Assembly: GCA_038496445.1 (NCBI GenBank)
Contig: JALMLS010000376.1
Span: 248,001-312,000, forward strand
Reading direction: 5' to 3'
Length of the DNA: 64,000 nt
Source: Trichosphaerium sp. ATCC 40318
Lineage: Eukaryota > Protista > Tubulinea
Part shown: positions 27,579-39,926 of the stretch, piece after piece
Layout: each line of letters begins with the position of its first letter
How positions within the stretch are numbered: position 1 is the stretch's first letter
Program-made: the position numbers and the translations under genes
Notes under the pieces: generated by a model
The model's database searches: none
The model's input: the letters and a program-made list of their open reading frames with translations, nothing else
What the model was told of the DNA's origin: nothing

Positions 27579-29581
27579 ATGGCCGTCAATAACAATTCTT
27601 CACCATCAAACTGTACAAACTTGCATATTTTGCTTCTCGGTACGTTGTACATATCAAATGTCACTTCTAAATCACCTTTAAGGGCCTCCTGGGGTTGGAA
27701 AAGGCACTCAAGCAAAGAATTTTCAAGATTCTCTTAACGCCACCGTAATTTCAGTGGGAGAACTCCTTCGCGCTGAAAGAGCAAAAAAAACGCTACTAGG
27801 ACAATACATAAACAAAAACTTTACGTTGTCCAAGCTGAGAAAAATAGCTAGTGAGCTGCTGTATCGGGAAATGTCTAAGGCACCTCGAGACAAGCCAATA
27901 ATAGTCGAAAGTGGTGTGAAGACACTTCAAAACGCAAAACGAGTAAGCCTTTTTTTTCGTATTTCTTTCTTATGAATAAGTCTAACTGAGAATTTAGCTC
28001 GATATGGTGTTGGAGAGTTGTGGCTATGCTCTCGATCTTGTGTTCCACCTGAATACTTCAGAAGATCAAGTATTAGAACGATTAAAATCACGTGGACGGG
28101 AAGATAAAGTTTCACAAATCGGAGCGCGTTTGAGTTCGTATCACAAAAACAAAGAGCCTATCATATCATTTTACGAAGAAAAAGGAATACTTCATAACAT
28201 TGATGCGTCAGGATCTGTTGAGGAAGTTTTTAAAGCAATCACAACAAAGTGCAACGAACAAATGCCAAGTATCTTGAAAAGAAGATCTGAAGCTATCCCT
28301 CCCGCCAATCTACCTAAATTCTCGACTTGTGAACCTCTTGAAATGGATTACTTGAATTCATTTGCAGAGAGCGTAAATGGGTGTAAAGAAGCGGAGATTG
28401 TTGCTCAAGTTTGGCAACTATGTCAATGGAACAAGACTACTTTTCCTGGTACAAAGATTGTTCATCTACACCATGGAAATTCTAGAAGTATTAGCAACCC
28501 AAGATATACGTATATGGCAGCATTGAAACTGGATGGCGTGAGACACTTACTACTCATATCGCAAGGTACTTGAAAACAAAAGTTTTTTCTGTTTTTTTTT
28601 TTTTTTGCTGATGTTGTCTTACACTTTGACCTGCTTGATTTTCATAATGCTTACAGCCGTTTAGGTAATGTGTACCTTATCTCACGCAAATTATCAGTAA
28701 TGAAACTCAAGCTGGGACGTAAACTGGATAGTAGATACAACAATACACTTCTCGATGGAGAATTGATAAAAAATAGTGATGGTAGCGGTACATACATTGC
28801 ATTTGATGCCTTGTTTACGTATGGACGTTCTATAATGCGTAAAAACTTAAAAGATCGTATTTACGAAGCACAAGGGATCTTGCATGCGCTGAACCACCAC
28901 CAAAACACTTTGCCTTTATTCTTCGATTCACAGCGCTATGAACTTCTTACAAGTGTTCAAAATGTTCTGGAAGCAAGGACTAAGGCTAATTTGCCTACAG
29001 ATGGTATTGTGATAACGCCACGTGATACACAATATAGATGTGGGTTGAACCGTTATTCGTATAAATGGAAACCATTAATTGAATCAACTGTTGACTTTAA
29101 ACTCATGGCATGTGCTACTGGTGATGTCGAGCGATTTCGTTTATATACTGTGCATTATTCCAAAGGCTCTCATGAGTATTTACCTATTGAATGGATCACT
29201 GATGATGGGAGAGGACTAGAAACGCTCAAAGACAAAATCGTAGAGTGTTATTGGGATGAACAGTTCGAGGCTGAATATCCTCATGAACAAGGTGGTTGGG
29301 AGTTCCCAGTTAAGCGCAAAGGCGGTTGGAGGTACGTGGGTTATTTTATAAGGATTATTAAGTGTTAACGTCGGTATTTTAGGGTATCTCGAGTCCGTAT
29401 TGATAAAGAACAACCTAATGTAGATTGGGTAGTCAAGGATATGATGGTGTTACTTGACAAACCAATGACAGCAGCACAATTGATTGATGTAGCAAATTCC
29501 CTGAGAAGTGGAAGAAATGCAAGGAATACAAGACCACCTCCTAGAAGTAACAATAGAAGGCGTAATGGTAACTATAGATGA
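27579..29581 (+). CDS. Adenylate-kinase-like P-loop kinase fused to mRNA guanylyltransferase (TbCe1-like RNA kinase/capping enzyme)
   Basis: Spliced HILLLGPPGVGKGTQA...ISVGELLRAE. GTase motifs: I KLDGVR, III LLDGEL, IIIa FDAL, IV TDGIVITP, V KWKP, OB-fold IVECYW, VI RIDKEQPN. The kinase C-half and GTase motif I lie in one uninterrupted ORF (28004-28573). Confidence 0.92.
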
Positions 29582-29678
29582 TAATAAAAACTTTGCATCT
29601 TTTTTTCCATGTTGGTCTTATTTACAACAATTTTTCTTGAGAATGAGGTAAAGTGGTTTCATTTTACATTACAAATAT

Positions 29679-30916
29679 CTACTTTTTCTCAATAGACATA
29701 TCATCACGCCTCATTGCAACAGCTTTATCATGATCAAAATCACAAGTTTCAAGGTAATAAACTGCTTCTCCCTCTCCAACTAAAAAGACAATCAATAAAC
29801 AGTCGTACCAAACCTACAAGCCAATAAAAACACTAACCTTTCTCTGAACGCTGGAAATGAATTATCATCTTTTTCCGAAGCTTGAGTCTTTGTTCATCTA
29901 ACATTGACGAACCTATTACAGCAATTAACAGATTGAAAACGTGACCTGTTGTTGGTTACACATACTTGTCATTCCTTTTGGTATCTTCAACTCTATTAAC
30001 CCTCTTAAATCATGAGGAATCACTGTTGGTTTATTTGCATCTCTAATCCTAGCAACCTATTCACAAGTTAGACTACACATTGTAACGAAATCCATTAGCA
30101 TACAGAAACGTTATAACGCAACGAAAGTATAGACAGCGTTTCTGATAAAGCTACAGAATGAGTAATAAATCCCTGCTTCTCGTTGAACATTGGTAACTTT
30201 GTCTTAGACTTTTCCTAAAACTCAAGTATTACTTTCCTACCAACTGGAGATTACCTACCCGCTTTCCAAGTATGTCATCATTGGATAAGAGCTCTGGTGG
30301 TATTTCGAAGGAAGACACACCTGGCAATACTGTAGAGATATCTCCTGGGGTCCTACTCGAGGTATTGGGCTTGGGCGTTGCCGTCCGACCTTAAACGAAT
30401 ATCAGACAACTTGTAGTTATACTCGGTTATTATTTAATACCATGGGCTGCAACAAGTTGATCAAATACATGTAAGGCATCTTCTGTACTCTTGGAAGGCA
30501 CGTGACCGTTTGCAAACTTGCATCCTAGAACAGAGTCAAACCATTAAAAGTGAAAAGGACTTGTTTACCTTTTTCTTCTAGTGCCGCTTTACAACAAGTC
30601 CATGATGAGACCCTATCACCACCTCCAAGCTTTGTGGCGTAAGTCTAAAAACAAGTAAGGAATAAAACACCGAATTCCGTTTGGCTGTTGACATAAACGT
30701 GCCGAAATTGCATAGCGTCCTAGAAGTATTGTTAGGTAAGCTATCGTTGTACTGTGGTTAGTGTATACCTGGGTGATAATTACAACGCTCATTCGCCTCA
30801 AGTTTTGAATTGTAGAACTTATTACAGTTTTTACATTGCTTGGTATCGCTGATTGGAACGTTTGGTAGAATTTGCTTCAATTCTAGGCTATTTGGATCAA
30901 CAATAAGTCTAGCCAT
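29679..30916 (-). CDS. Cys/His zinc-binding domain + LysM + UBA-like protein
   Basis: Zinc module CKNC..CNYHPG..WTCC..GC..H; spliced LysM HSVALSETLSILSLRYNVSVARIRDAN..LIELKIP; C-terminal EAVYYLETCDFDHDKAV. Confidence 0.72.
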
Positions 30917-31168
30917 CGCAGGTTGCTCAATAGGTTTTCGCTTACAGCACAGCATGTTTAATCAAGTGCCTTAATAGTGATTTATGGTGGCTTTCCTACT
31001 GCCAAGACTTTCAACCCCAAGTCCCCATTTTTATGCAATGTCATATTTATCGCTCAAAGTAAACTTATTGGATCAACATATATTACTGTCTACTACAAGC
31101 TTTGTACAGATAACTTTTTTTTTTTCCTTTTCTTTACAAAATTGTTTTTCTTACTTGCGGAAAAATCC

Positions 31169-33903
31169 TCAGGAATCTTCCTCAAAGGAGCTCACAGAAT
31201 TTTCAGAGTCATCATCAGCGCGCTGTTTCTCCATTGTTGCAATCCTTGGATCCATAGTCTGTATAGTAATAGCAGACTTTAATTCATCCTCCGTTAGAGG
31301 TAAAACCTTTTCTTCAACATCACTTTGAGTAGCATCTGTACTGTCATCTTGAGCAAGCACTTTATCAATAAGAAACGTTTGGAAACGAGAAGCGTAGAAC
31401 GATGGTTCTACAACAGAAATTTGTTCCTATCAAAAACGTTAGTACAAACAATTGTTTACTATTTAAGCTTTGAAATGGCGAGATTTACCTCGTTTGAACT
31501 TATAGACCGCATAAAATGTTCCAACTTTTTCCGCTTGTTGTACTTTTGTAGAATATCGATAATACCCAAGTAATAATACCTACACAAAAAAGCCATTAAG
31601 ACAACAGTGTATTAAATAACCCAAAAAAGATCGAACTATTTTCACCGTTGGGTTAACATGTCAACCAAACGTACTCGTCTTCACCAGTATCTTTGTTGTG
31701 ACCATGTATACCACCCTCAGAAAAGTTAAAGGCTGTACTAGCAAATCTAAAAAACAAAGGTAAGCAAGAGTGTCATGTATTAAAGTTGGAAGCAAAAACT
31801 CACGTGTTCTTTCTCTCGTTTTCTGGAAGCTGATTATTCTTTGCTATCCGTTGTGCAATCTCAACCATATTGTCCTCTCCAACACGCTTGATTCCAACCA
31901 AAAAACTATAATCCATAATCCTATACAAGTTTTCAGTACTCAACAAACCAAGAAAATGAATCAAACCTGTGTTTAGCCAAAAACGCCGAATCAACGACAA
32001 TTTGTTTCTTTAACATCTCGAATAAATTAGGTGGTATGCATAGCTTCCTGCCACTTTGTTCTATATCCAAATCTTTAAGCGTAGACACCTTACCACGCTT
32101 CTCAAGTGGCACTATATTAAACAAAAAAAATGAGAGCTAATTCCTTGGATTGTTATCATGGTGTACCAAATCGTCCCACTGTTGATCCCTATTTTATGAT
32201 ATAAGTGGTTTGTAAATCACGTAGAATGCGTACCTTTAAATCATACATTTCATCAAGGTCATAATTCACGTTTGAGTTAAAGATATTATTCATTATTAAA
32301 AATCGCTCTACACCACCAGGACCTTCGTGCTTCATAGAATATACACCATACAACCGAGGAAGTAATGTATTTGGGTTCTAAAGGAGGGTGTAAACAGTCG
32401 TTGAATGACACATACTACTTATTATTTCACTTACCTTTTTAATGTGCTAATAAAAAATGTCAGAAAAAACCCGAAAATTATCTATAGCGTACTTTTAAAT
32501 AATAAGGCAAGAAACCCCATAAGAAATCACGTTCTTCTTTGTTGGCCGTTTTTAGAATGAATCTATGATCTAATACAAGCATTAATAACCACAGAACTAC
32601 AGTAAAACAGCAAAAAAGTCTGTCAAAAGCAAATATTTTTTACCTTTTGTAAACATCATCAAAGCGCCACTCTTTCCTTCTCCTTTTTGCCATTTAAGGT
32701 TTTCAACTGTAAAAGAAGCCTAGTCGCAAGTTACTCCGAATAAATTATACTAGAGGTAACACATACCAAAATATCTGCTTCCGACACTCCAAAGTGCTTA
32801 CGAATCCTGTGAAATACTTTAGGCGCAAAATCTTTGAATTTAAGCAACTGATCCCCACGTCTATGCATTTTAAACTGAAATAAAGAAGAGTTAGAAAACA
32901 ATTGTCAGAAAAATGAAAAACTTTTTGCTTTTTTGTATTTTGTACCTGATAAGAGTAACTAAAATCACTCGGTAGAAGTAGTGCTTGTTCATCATCATCC
33001 ACAAATCGTTGACGAGAACACTTTGAAAGAAGAATAGTTAGTACGTGATAGTATTTTTGGAAGCATGAAAAAAACTAAAAAGCAAAAAGTTTTTCATTTT
33101 TTCGGACTAACTGATTTTATATAATTAAACCTTTATCACCATTGTTAACGTACTGTTATACCAAGCCCACAAATTATATCTAGTAACATACCACCACTAA
33201 ATAGAGCATCGGCTATTTTGAGGTTAGTACTTTGAAAGACAAGAAGTATACAATTAAAACGTCTTTTTGAAATATATGTGCACCTTTAGATTGCCCGGAC
33301 CTGACCTTTTTAGGCACTGTTGCTGATTGCGCTCGAACAGGTACTTGTACAACCTTGGCTGGCGCACTGTCTTGTGACGTGTCGCTACGAGGAGATAGTG
33401 TCGGAGACGCTGAGGGTGACCGTCTAGGTTTCTTGCTAGATTTTCTTCTTGAATTTGAAGTGCGTATCGAACCATTACTACTTCGCACATTCTTGTTTGA
33501 TGGCGCTGATTTGGTACGTTTATGCGATTTAGATTGCTGTTGTATAGCTTCTTTTATGCCAATGGATGGCACGGAAGTGGTCTTTCGTACTGTATCACCA
33601 GTAGGTATTTCTTCAGCGTCATGGTCGAATTGCTCATCTTGATCATCAAAACTTCGCTGGCGCTCGTCTTCTTGCTTGTTGTATACTGCAATAACGCCAT
33701 TTAGCGTTTCGAGTTCTTCCTTTACAAAATTAACTAAATTAAATAAAACATTTTACACGCACTCGCAACTCGTTGTTTTGAAGCTTCAAAGACTCAATGA
33801 GTGCCTTTAACTTTCTATTTTCCCTCTTCATTCGTCGATTCTGTTTCTTGTATGCATCTATGGGTTCTGAAGATGACATTCTCTTCTTAGGTTTTGTTGC
33901 CAT
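31169..33903 (-). CDS. Phosphatidylinositol phosphate kinase (PIP5K/PIP4K family)
   Basis: Motifs FKDFAPKVF, GKSGA, FILKT, TLLPR, YDLKGS, LKDLD, IMDYSFLVGI and GIIDILQKY; N-terminal coiled coil. Confidence 0.95.
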
Positions 33904-34002
33904 TGCTGCAATAAAGCCAGCAGCTGTGGTACCAAAACTTGAAACTTTAAGTCAATGCTACGCTAAATTTTTTAAATCAAAGAAACATTCTGTTGCTTCA
34001 AG

Positions 34003-34588
34003 ATGAGCACAATTCATAGAGCCATTCCATACGCGAACCCAAATGAAGCTTGGATACACAACCCTGCCGCAGCTCAAGTTTATCTTGGTATTATTTTCGC
34101 TGGGCGAATTGCGTTGTGGGTTTTCTTCCAAGACGTCATTCCGTCGTCTCATTGGACAATGACAAGTCTAATTCATGCAATGGCACGTATTACAGCGAAA
34201 GATAATTGTATAATTGACTGTAGATTACTTGGGTAGCGTTCCACTGGGTGCTTGGCACTCCTTTCCCTCAACTGTCTTTTGAAAAAAATCTAAGCCACAA
34301 AACATTTTGGGAGCAAATAGACAACGGAGAGCAATTCACGCCTACAAAGAAGTTTTTGATGGTGGTTCCAGTCGTTTTGTACGTTAATTTTTAATTAAGT
34401 TAAAATTATCGTTGTGCTGACTCATTTAACGCAGGCTACTCCTTGCGTTGAGTCTGGACAAACCAAACCACGTTCTGTACATACTCAACGTGTTTTTCGC
34501 AACCGTTGTTATTTGCTCTAAACTGCCATTTGCTCACGGACTGCGATTATTTGGCATTGACGCTGATAGCTTGACAAGGCGCTCATGA
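34003..34588 (+). CDS. ORMDL: ORMDL/ORM1 serine palmitoyltransferase regulator
   Basis: Spliced NPNEAW...WTMTSLIHAMITWVAFHWVLGTPF...TFWEQIDNGEQFTPTKKFLMVVPVVL...KLPFAHGLRLFGI. Confidence 0.93.
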
Positions 34589-34831
34589 TTCGAGCAAACC
34601 CAGAACATTTAAACACGTACTGTAAATAAATAGGAAACAAAAGTAAACACGAGCAAACGATCACAACACGAGGAAAAAACTCATCAATCAAAATATTTTA
34701 CTTTTTTGTTTATTTTTTTCAACTCAAAGCGCCACAACGTTTTGCGGCGTGAAGGGCAGTAATACACTATCACAAAAAAAACAAGGGCAAGGTTGGTTAC
34801 CTGCACCTTTTGTGCCATCACATCGTACACC

Positions 34832-36049
34832 TTAAACAAAGAATCCACGTGTTGAATGCTCTGGAGCCTTCTCCTTTGTAATGATTTCTTCTGTAGCTCC
34901 AATAATCTTTACACCGACACTTTGTGCAACCTTTGTTTTCAACAATTACTAATCAAAGTGACACTTGCTAACTTACTTGTAATACTTCCTTCAATTGAAC
35001 CAATGACAAGGATCCATACCCTTTCTCTATACCACAAATATCTCCAGCTTTATTTACAGTCACCGAAACGCGAGCAGTCATACACGCCTTCATAGAAAAA
35101 AGGTTATCGAAATTATAATTTAACAATGTGAAGCGTACCTCTTCTTCGGGTGTTGTGTCAACCACGTGAAAATTACCAATGCGTGTAAATGTTACCGCTA
35201 TAGGGACTTTAGATACATCTATGTTTATAATATCTTCAGGATCATCACTTGGTTGAAGATCATAATCATCAGGTTTATCTCCTGCAATTACTGTCACCTA
35301 TTAAAAAAAACAATTTAAGAAATAATACATTAATTAATTAGATTACCTCAGGGATCGTTGTTGTAGCCAATGCTGCTCGTGTAGCTATACCAACAGCATC
35401 TGTAAGATTACCAGCTTCGTTTAAAACGATAATATCTACGTATAGCGCCCAACAAAACAAGCCTTTAATTTTTGTTATTGTTAAATGACATTTTGTGCTT
35501 GTCACGCACCTTCTCTCAAGCACAACGACTTTGTATCAACGTAAGATACTACATTTTGCATGGCCTATTACGTCAGGGATTGTTGCAGTGTAAATACGGT
35601 GAACGTACACGAGTAACATACATTCGCGTCTGATCTTTGTCATCTTCGCTTCCCCACCTGTCTATGTGAACCTTGTTGGCTTTAGTAGTGAAATGTATTA
35701 TTTTATGTAAATACCTTCACAATGCCCTCACTAGGCCTCGTTGGATCTGGTGCCTCTACTTCTGCTTTGATTCCTACTAGTACAGATGTTGCGTCCAGAA
35801 CTACTCTAAAAAGCATTAACGTTACTCGCATTATACTAAATACGCGATTTCTACCTTGCTGAACCATTTGCTTGAGAAATAATTCCAGTTTCGAGAGTAA
35901 AGGGCCTATAATCGATACGACTACGCCCGTCGTTTCTAATATCCTCAGCTACGCCCTCTTGAATGAATCTATGGCATAAATTGAATTTTAGAGATTAACT
36001 GTCGCTCTTACTGCTTTTCTATGCTTGAAAGTAGCGTTGTGGCTAGCAT
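34832..36049 (-). CDS. RRP42: Exosome complex component RRP42 (RNase PH family)
   Basis: FIQEGVAEDIRNDGRSRIDYR, QANGSA, SVLVGIKAEV, CWALYVDIIVLNEAGNLTDA and VVDTTPEEE. Confidence 0.88.
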
Positions 36050-36279
36050 TGAGTAACAATAAGATGCCACTCAGGGCGTTGGCGAAAAAGATGACATTTT
36101 GAACATTTGACAAGCAAATTCTGGTTGAACTTCTTACAAGTAGCTCTAAAATATAGCAATCTCACATGTACTTTGTGACAGTCTGTTTAGCCGCCATTTG
36201 TTGAATGTGGTTAAGTGCTTTCACGTCGCAAATTTTGGTTATTTTAAGGTTGCTCTTTCAGTACAGCATTTTATATAAA

Positions 36280-39200
36280 ATGTCGTACGACGATCTTGAT
36301 GAAGATGAATTACGAGAAGAACTAGAGGAGCTAGAACGAAAGTTCGAAGACGCACAACGCAAGCTAAAGGCAGAAAAAGCCAAAACAACTGCAGCAGAAA
36401 CGAAATACAACAAAGTAAGGCTAATTATGTTACAAGTAAAGTAAAACCGTTGTAAGGCAGTGTCAAAATCGCGAAGGAGTGGTAAATCATCCAGTCAAAT
36501 AGAAAAAGCCAAAAATGCAGCTATACGAAAATTACGCAACTGCGAAACAGATCTAGCAAACGCGGAAGATAAGATCACTGAGTTAAAAACCCAAAACACG
36601 GATTTAGAAGCTCAAGTGGAAACAGCGGAGCGCAAATTACGTAACATAAGGGTACAGACTTTAAAGCGACAGCAACGCTTTGTTTCTCCATTCTGAAGCG
36701 TCAATCGTTGCTGTTATGTTTCAATGGCGTTAACGGGTTAATAGAATCAAGAAAACAATGACAGTGGTGACCTGGAAGCTGCTCTGGAAAAGATAACTAT
36801 TCTACAGCAAGAGTACGTAATGTCTAACTCGTTTTTTATTCATGATACTGTAGGAAAGACAGAGCAACTGAACTTGCTCTTCAAAAAGGCAGACAGTTGA
36901 ACAGTCGAGTAGGAGAGATTGATTCAGCTCAAGACAAGCTCGATGAAATCACCAATAGAGCTACTGAAGCTGAACAAGATGCCACACAACTAAGAACAAA
37001 GTAGGATTTAATTTTCTAACTTTCTTTTTTGTTAACTGGTGTTTTAGAATGTCTAGTTTACGTGCGAAGCTAGCTGAAGCTGACGACAAGGCTTCCATCT
37101 TCTTGGAACGCTTAAATGAGGCCCAGGAAAGAGCGAATGGCGCAGAAGCGAGGACAGAGCACCTACAACGCCAGTTGAGTGGTCAAGTAGGAGAAATTGA
37201 TTCAGCTCAAGGCAAGCTCGATGAAATCGCCAACAGAGCTGCTGTAGCTGAACAAGATGCCACCCAACTCAGAACAAAGTATGGTTTGATTTTTTTGCCT
37301 CGCTTTTTTGTTAACTGGTGTTGTAGAATGTCTAGTTTACGTGCGAAGCTAGCTGAAGCCGATGACAAAGCTTCCATCTTCTTGAACCGCTTAAATGAGG
37401 CCCAGGAAAGAGCGAATGGAGCAGAGACAAGGGTAGAGCAACTACATCGCCAATTACAACTAGAGCGTAGCGCTAGTAATAATGCTACTGAACAACAAGA
37501 AGTACACTTACACCTTTTTTTTTTGAAGTACTCAGTGTTTCTAGGATATTGTTGCTTCTCTTGCAGAAAAACAAGAAGACTTAGCACGTCTTGAAAACAC
37601 AAATGCAAGTCTCCGTGCAAGTTTACGTGCAGCGGATGATAAGGAGAAAATCCTAGAAGAGCAGATTGAAAATTTGAAGCAAGCTTCTGCTAGTGGAGGC
37701 TCTGCAGAAGAGACTTATCGTATTGAAGTTAACTCACTGCGCAGTCAGATTCATACCCTTGAAGATAGGTATCAGCTAGCACTTTGTACCTCTAGTTCTG
37801 ACTGTTTTTGATTAGAGTGGAGACACAACAAAGCGATTTAACTGAATCTCGTACTGAAAATACTCGTTTGGAGGCTTTGCTCAAGAAGACAAGAGTACGC
37901 TGTTGCTTATCACAGTCTATGTTTAATCATCAAGTAGGCGTCTAATGCAGCAGAGTTACAGTCAAATAAAGTTGACACTGCACTTGGAAACAAACTAGCT
38001 GAAGAATTAGCTTATGCTGAAGAGTTATCTGAAAAGTATCGCATACAGGTCAATTCAAAAGTGCGTAATATTATCTTGAGGTTTATTCATTACTTACTCT
38101 ACCAAAAAACAGGATCAAGTGATCAACACGCTAGAAGAGGAGATTTCATCTTTACGACAAAGGTACTCTTTTGATTTTTTTCCAATAGACACGTGACGTT
38201 GTATCTTAGAATCAAGTCCAAAGAAGACTATGTACATCAACTAGAATGCAACGAACAAAGATTAAAGAGCCGTGTTGCAGAAGTTGAATCAAGTATAGAA
38301 ATACTTGAGGATAGCGCAAATGCTAGTGATGCAATGAGGCGTATGCAAGACCGTATTGATGAGCTTGTGGCTAGATTAAATAAAGAAATACTCCGCGCTG
38401 ATACAGCGCAAGAAAAACTTGATAAACAAGAAGATACATTATCAGTATTAAGTACTGATAGAGCTACCTTCCATTCTCAAGTTGAGGAATTGAAACGCAA
38501 ATTACAAATTGCTCGCCTCGAGATAGGTACATTAGTCTTCTCTTTCTAGTGTGTTAACTTTATATGATAGACAATAAAGAAGGTTCTGTAGGTGGTACAC
38601 TTACACAGCTAACAGAGGCCGAGCACAAGCTTATGCGAAATGAAACCCTTATCAATAGTTTAAGGTGCGAGCGTCCATTGTTTACGCACAGGCTTATTTG
38701 AGATTGTAGAGCACAACTTAGAGGTGCTCAAGACAAACAAGAAGAGAGTGAAAGACTGCTAAGACAAAACCAAGATGAACCAACAACATCTCTTGAGTCA
38801 GAAAACCTAAAACGACGCATACAAGTTAGTACAAGCCAACGTGCTCTAGTGCATACTTACTGATCTTTAAGCTCTTACAATCTCAAATGCGTGAAGCCGA
38901 TGATAAAGTACAGACTCTTACTGATACGTACGTGCAGTAGTAAGAGTAAATAAGGATGTTTACTTTAAATAGTGTTGAAGAAATGCATGGAGAAAAGGAT
39001 AACCTTGAAAATAATGTGTCCAAGCTTAAAGCTCGTTTGGATGAAGCAAACAATCAAATTTCTATCTTAGAGACAAGCACTGTACGTTAATTGATAAATA
39101 TGTATTTGCACGTGCTTATAGTGTTGTAGGACTCGAGAGAGATTATCAGCCGTCAACAAGATAGAAATGATGAGCTACAACAAGAATTGACTCTGTTAAA

Positions 39201-39552
39201 GCTACAAGTTCGCAATTTGAAACTTTGTTGGTGTGTTGACTGAATTGTTAGGCAAGACAGGCAGAAGATAAAATTTATGAGCTTGAAGAAAAATCTACAG
39301 CTGATGCTGATACACTTAAACAGATGGAGCATGAGTATGATGCGCAGCGTAGCAGATTAACAAAGGTTAGACAAGTACGTCGCGCAGAAAAACATGGAAA
39401 TAAGAAACGCAGTTCTAATTTTTTTTTTCTCCTTTCAGGATTTAGATAAAGAACAAGATATTGTACGCGCAAGGGACTCACGTATACAAGACCTAGAAGA
39501 TGATGTATACCAGCTCAAATCCCAGCTAGCTTCAAAAACAACTATGCACTAA
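36280..39552 (+). CDS. Long multi-exon coiled-coil protein
   Basis: Continuous E/K/R/L/Q heptad-like exons from MSYDDLDEDELREELEELERK to LASKTTMH*; no globular domain recognised. Confidence 0.85.
36909..37433 (+). repeat. Tandem duplication (period about 279 nt) of an exon-intron-exon unit
   Basis: Both copies read GEIDSAQ.KLDEI.NRA..AEQDATQLRTK-intron-MSSLRAKLAEADDKASIFL.RLNEAQERANGAE. Confidence 0.92.
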
Positions 39553-39926
39553 AGAAAAAATGGTTGTATGAAAAAAGAAAATTCTATTTCTGTTTTTTTG
39601 GGTTTGTTTTTATTTCGATTACTATTAGGAATAAACGCAAATATGTTCAAAGTTTAAATGTATTACGTACGAAAACAAAAAATACAAAACAATGGATTAT
39701 CCTAGAAAATAAAGTTATTTCTCTTCATTTTGGCGAACTCTAAGTCGATTAGACTCTTATAATATGGTTAGGCTTTACGGGCTGTGAAGTAAACCTCCAT
39801 AAATAGTATCTTGTTTTCTAGTACACAGCTATTAGTATGTGCAAGGTGCACACTAGCAAAGAAAGGAAACGAGTTTAAGTTGTCCGAAAATGGTTTTCTT
39901 TTTTTTTCAATTTTATCTACCACAAT

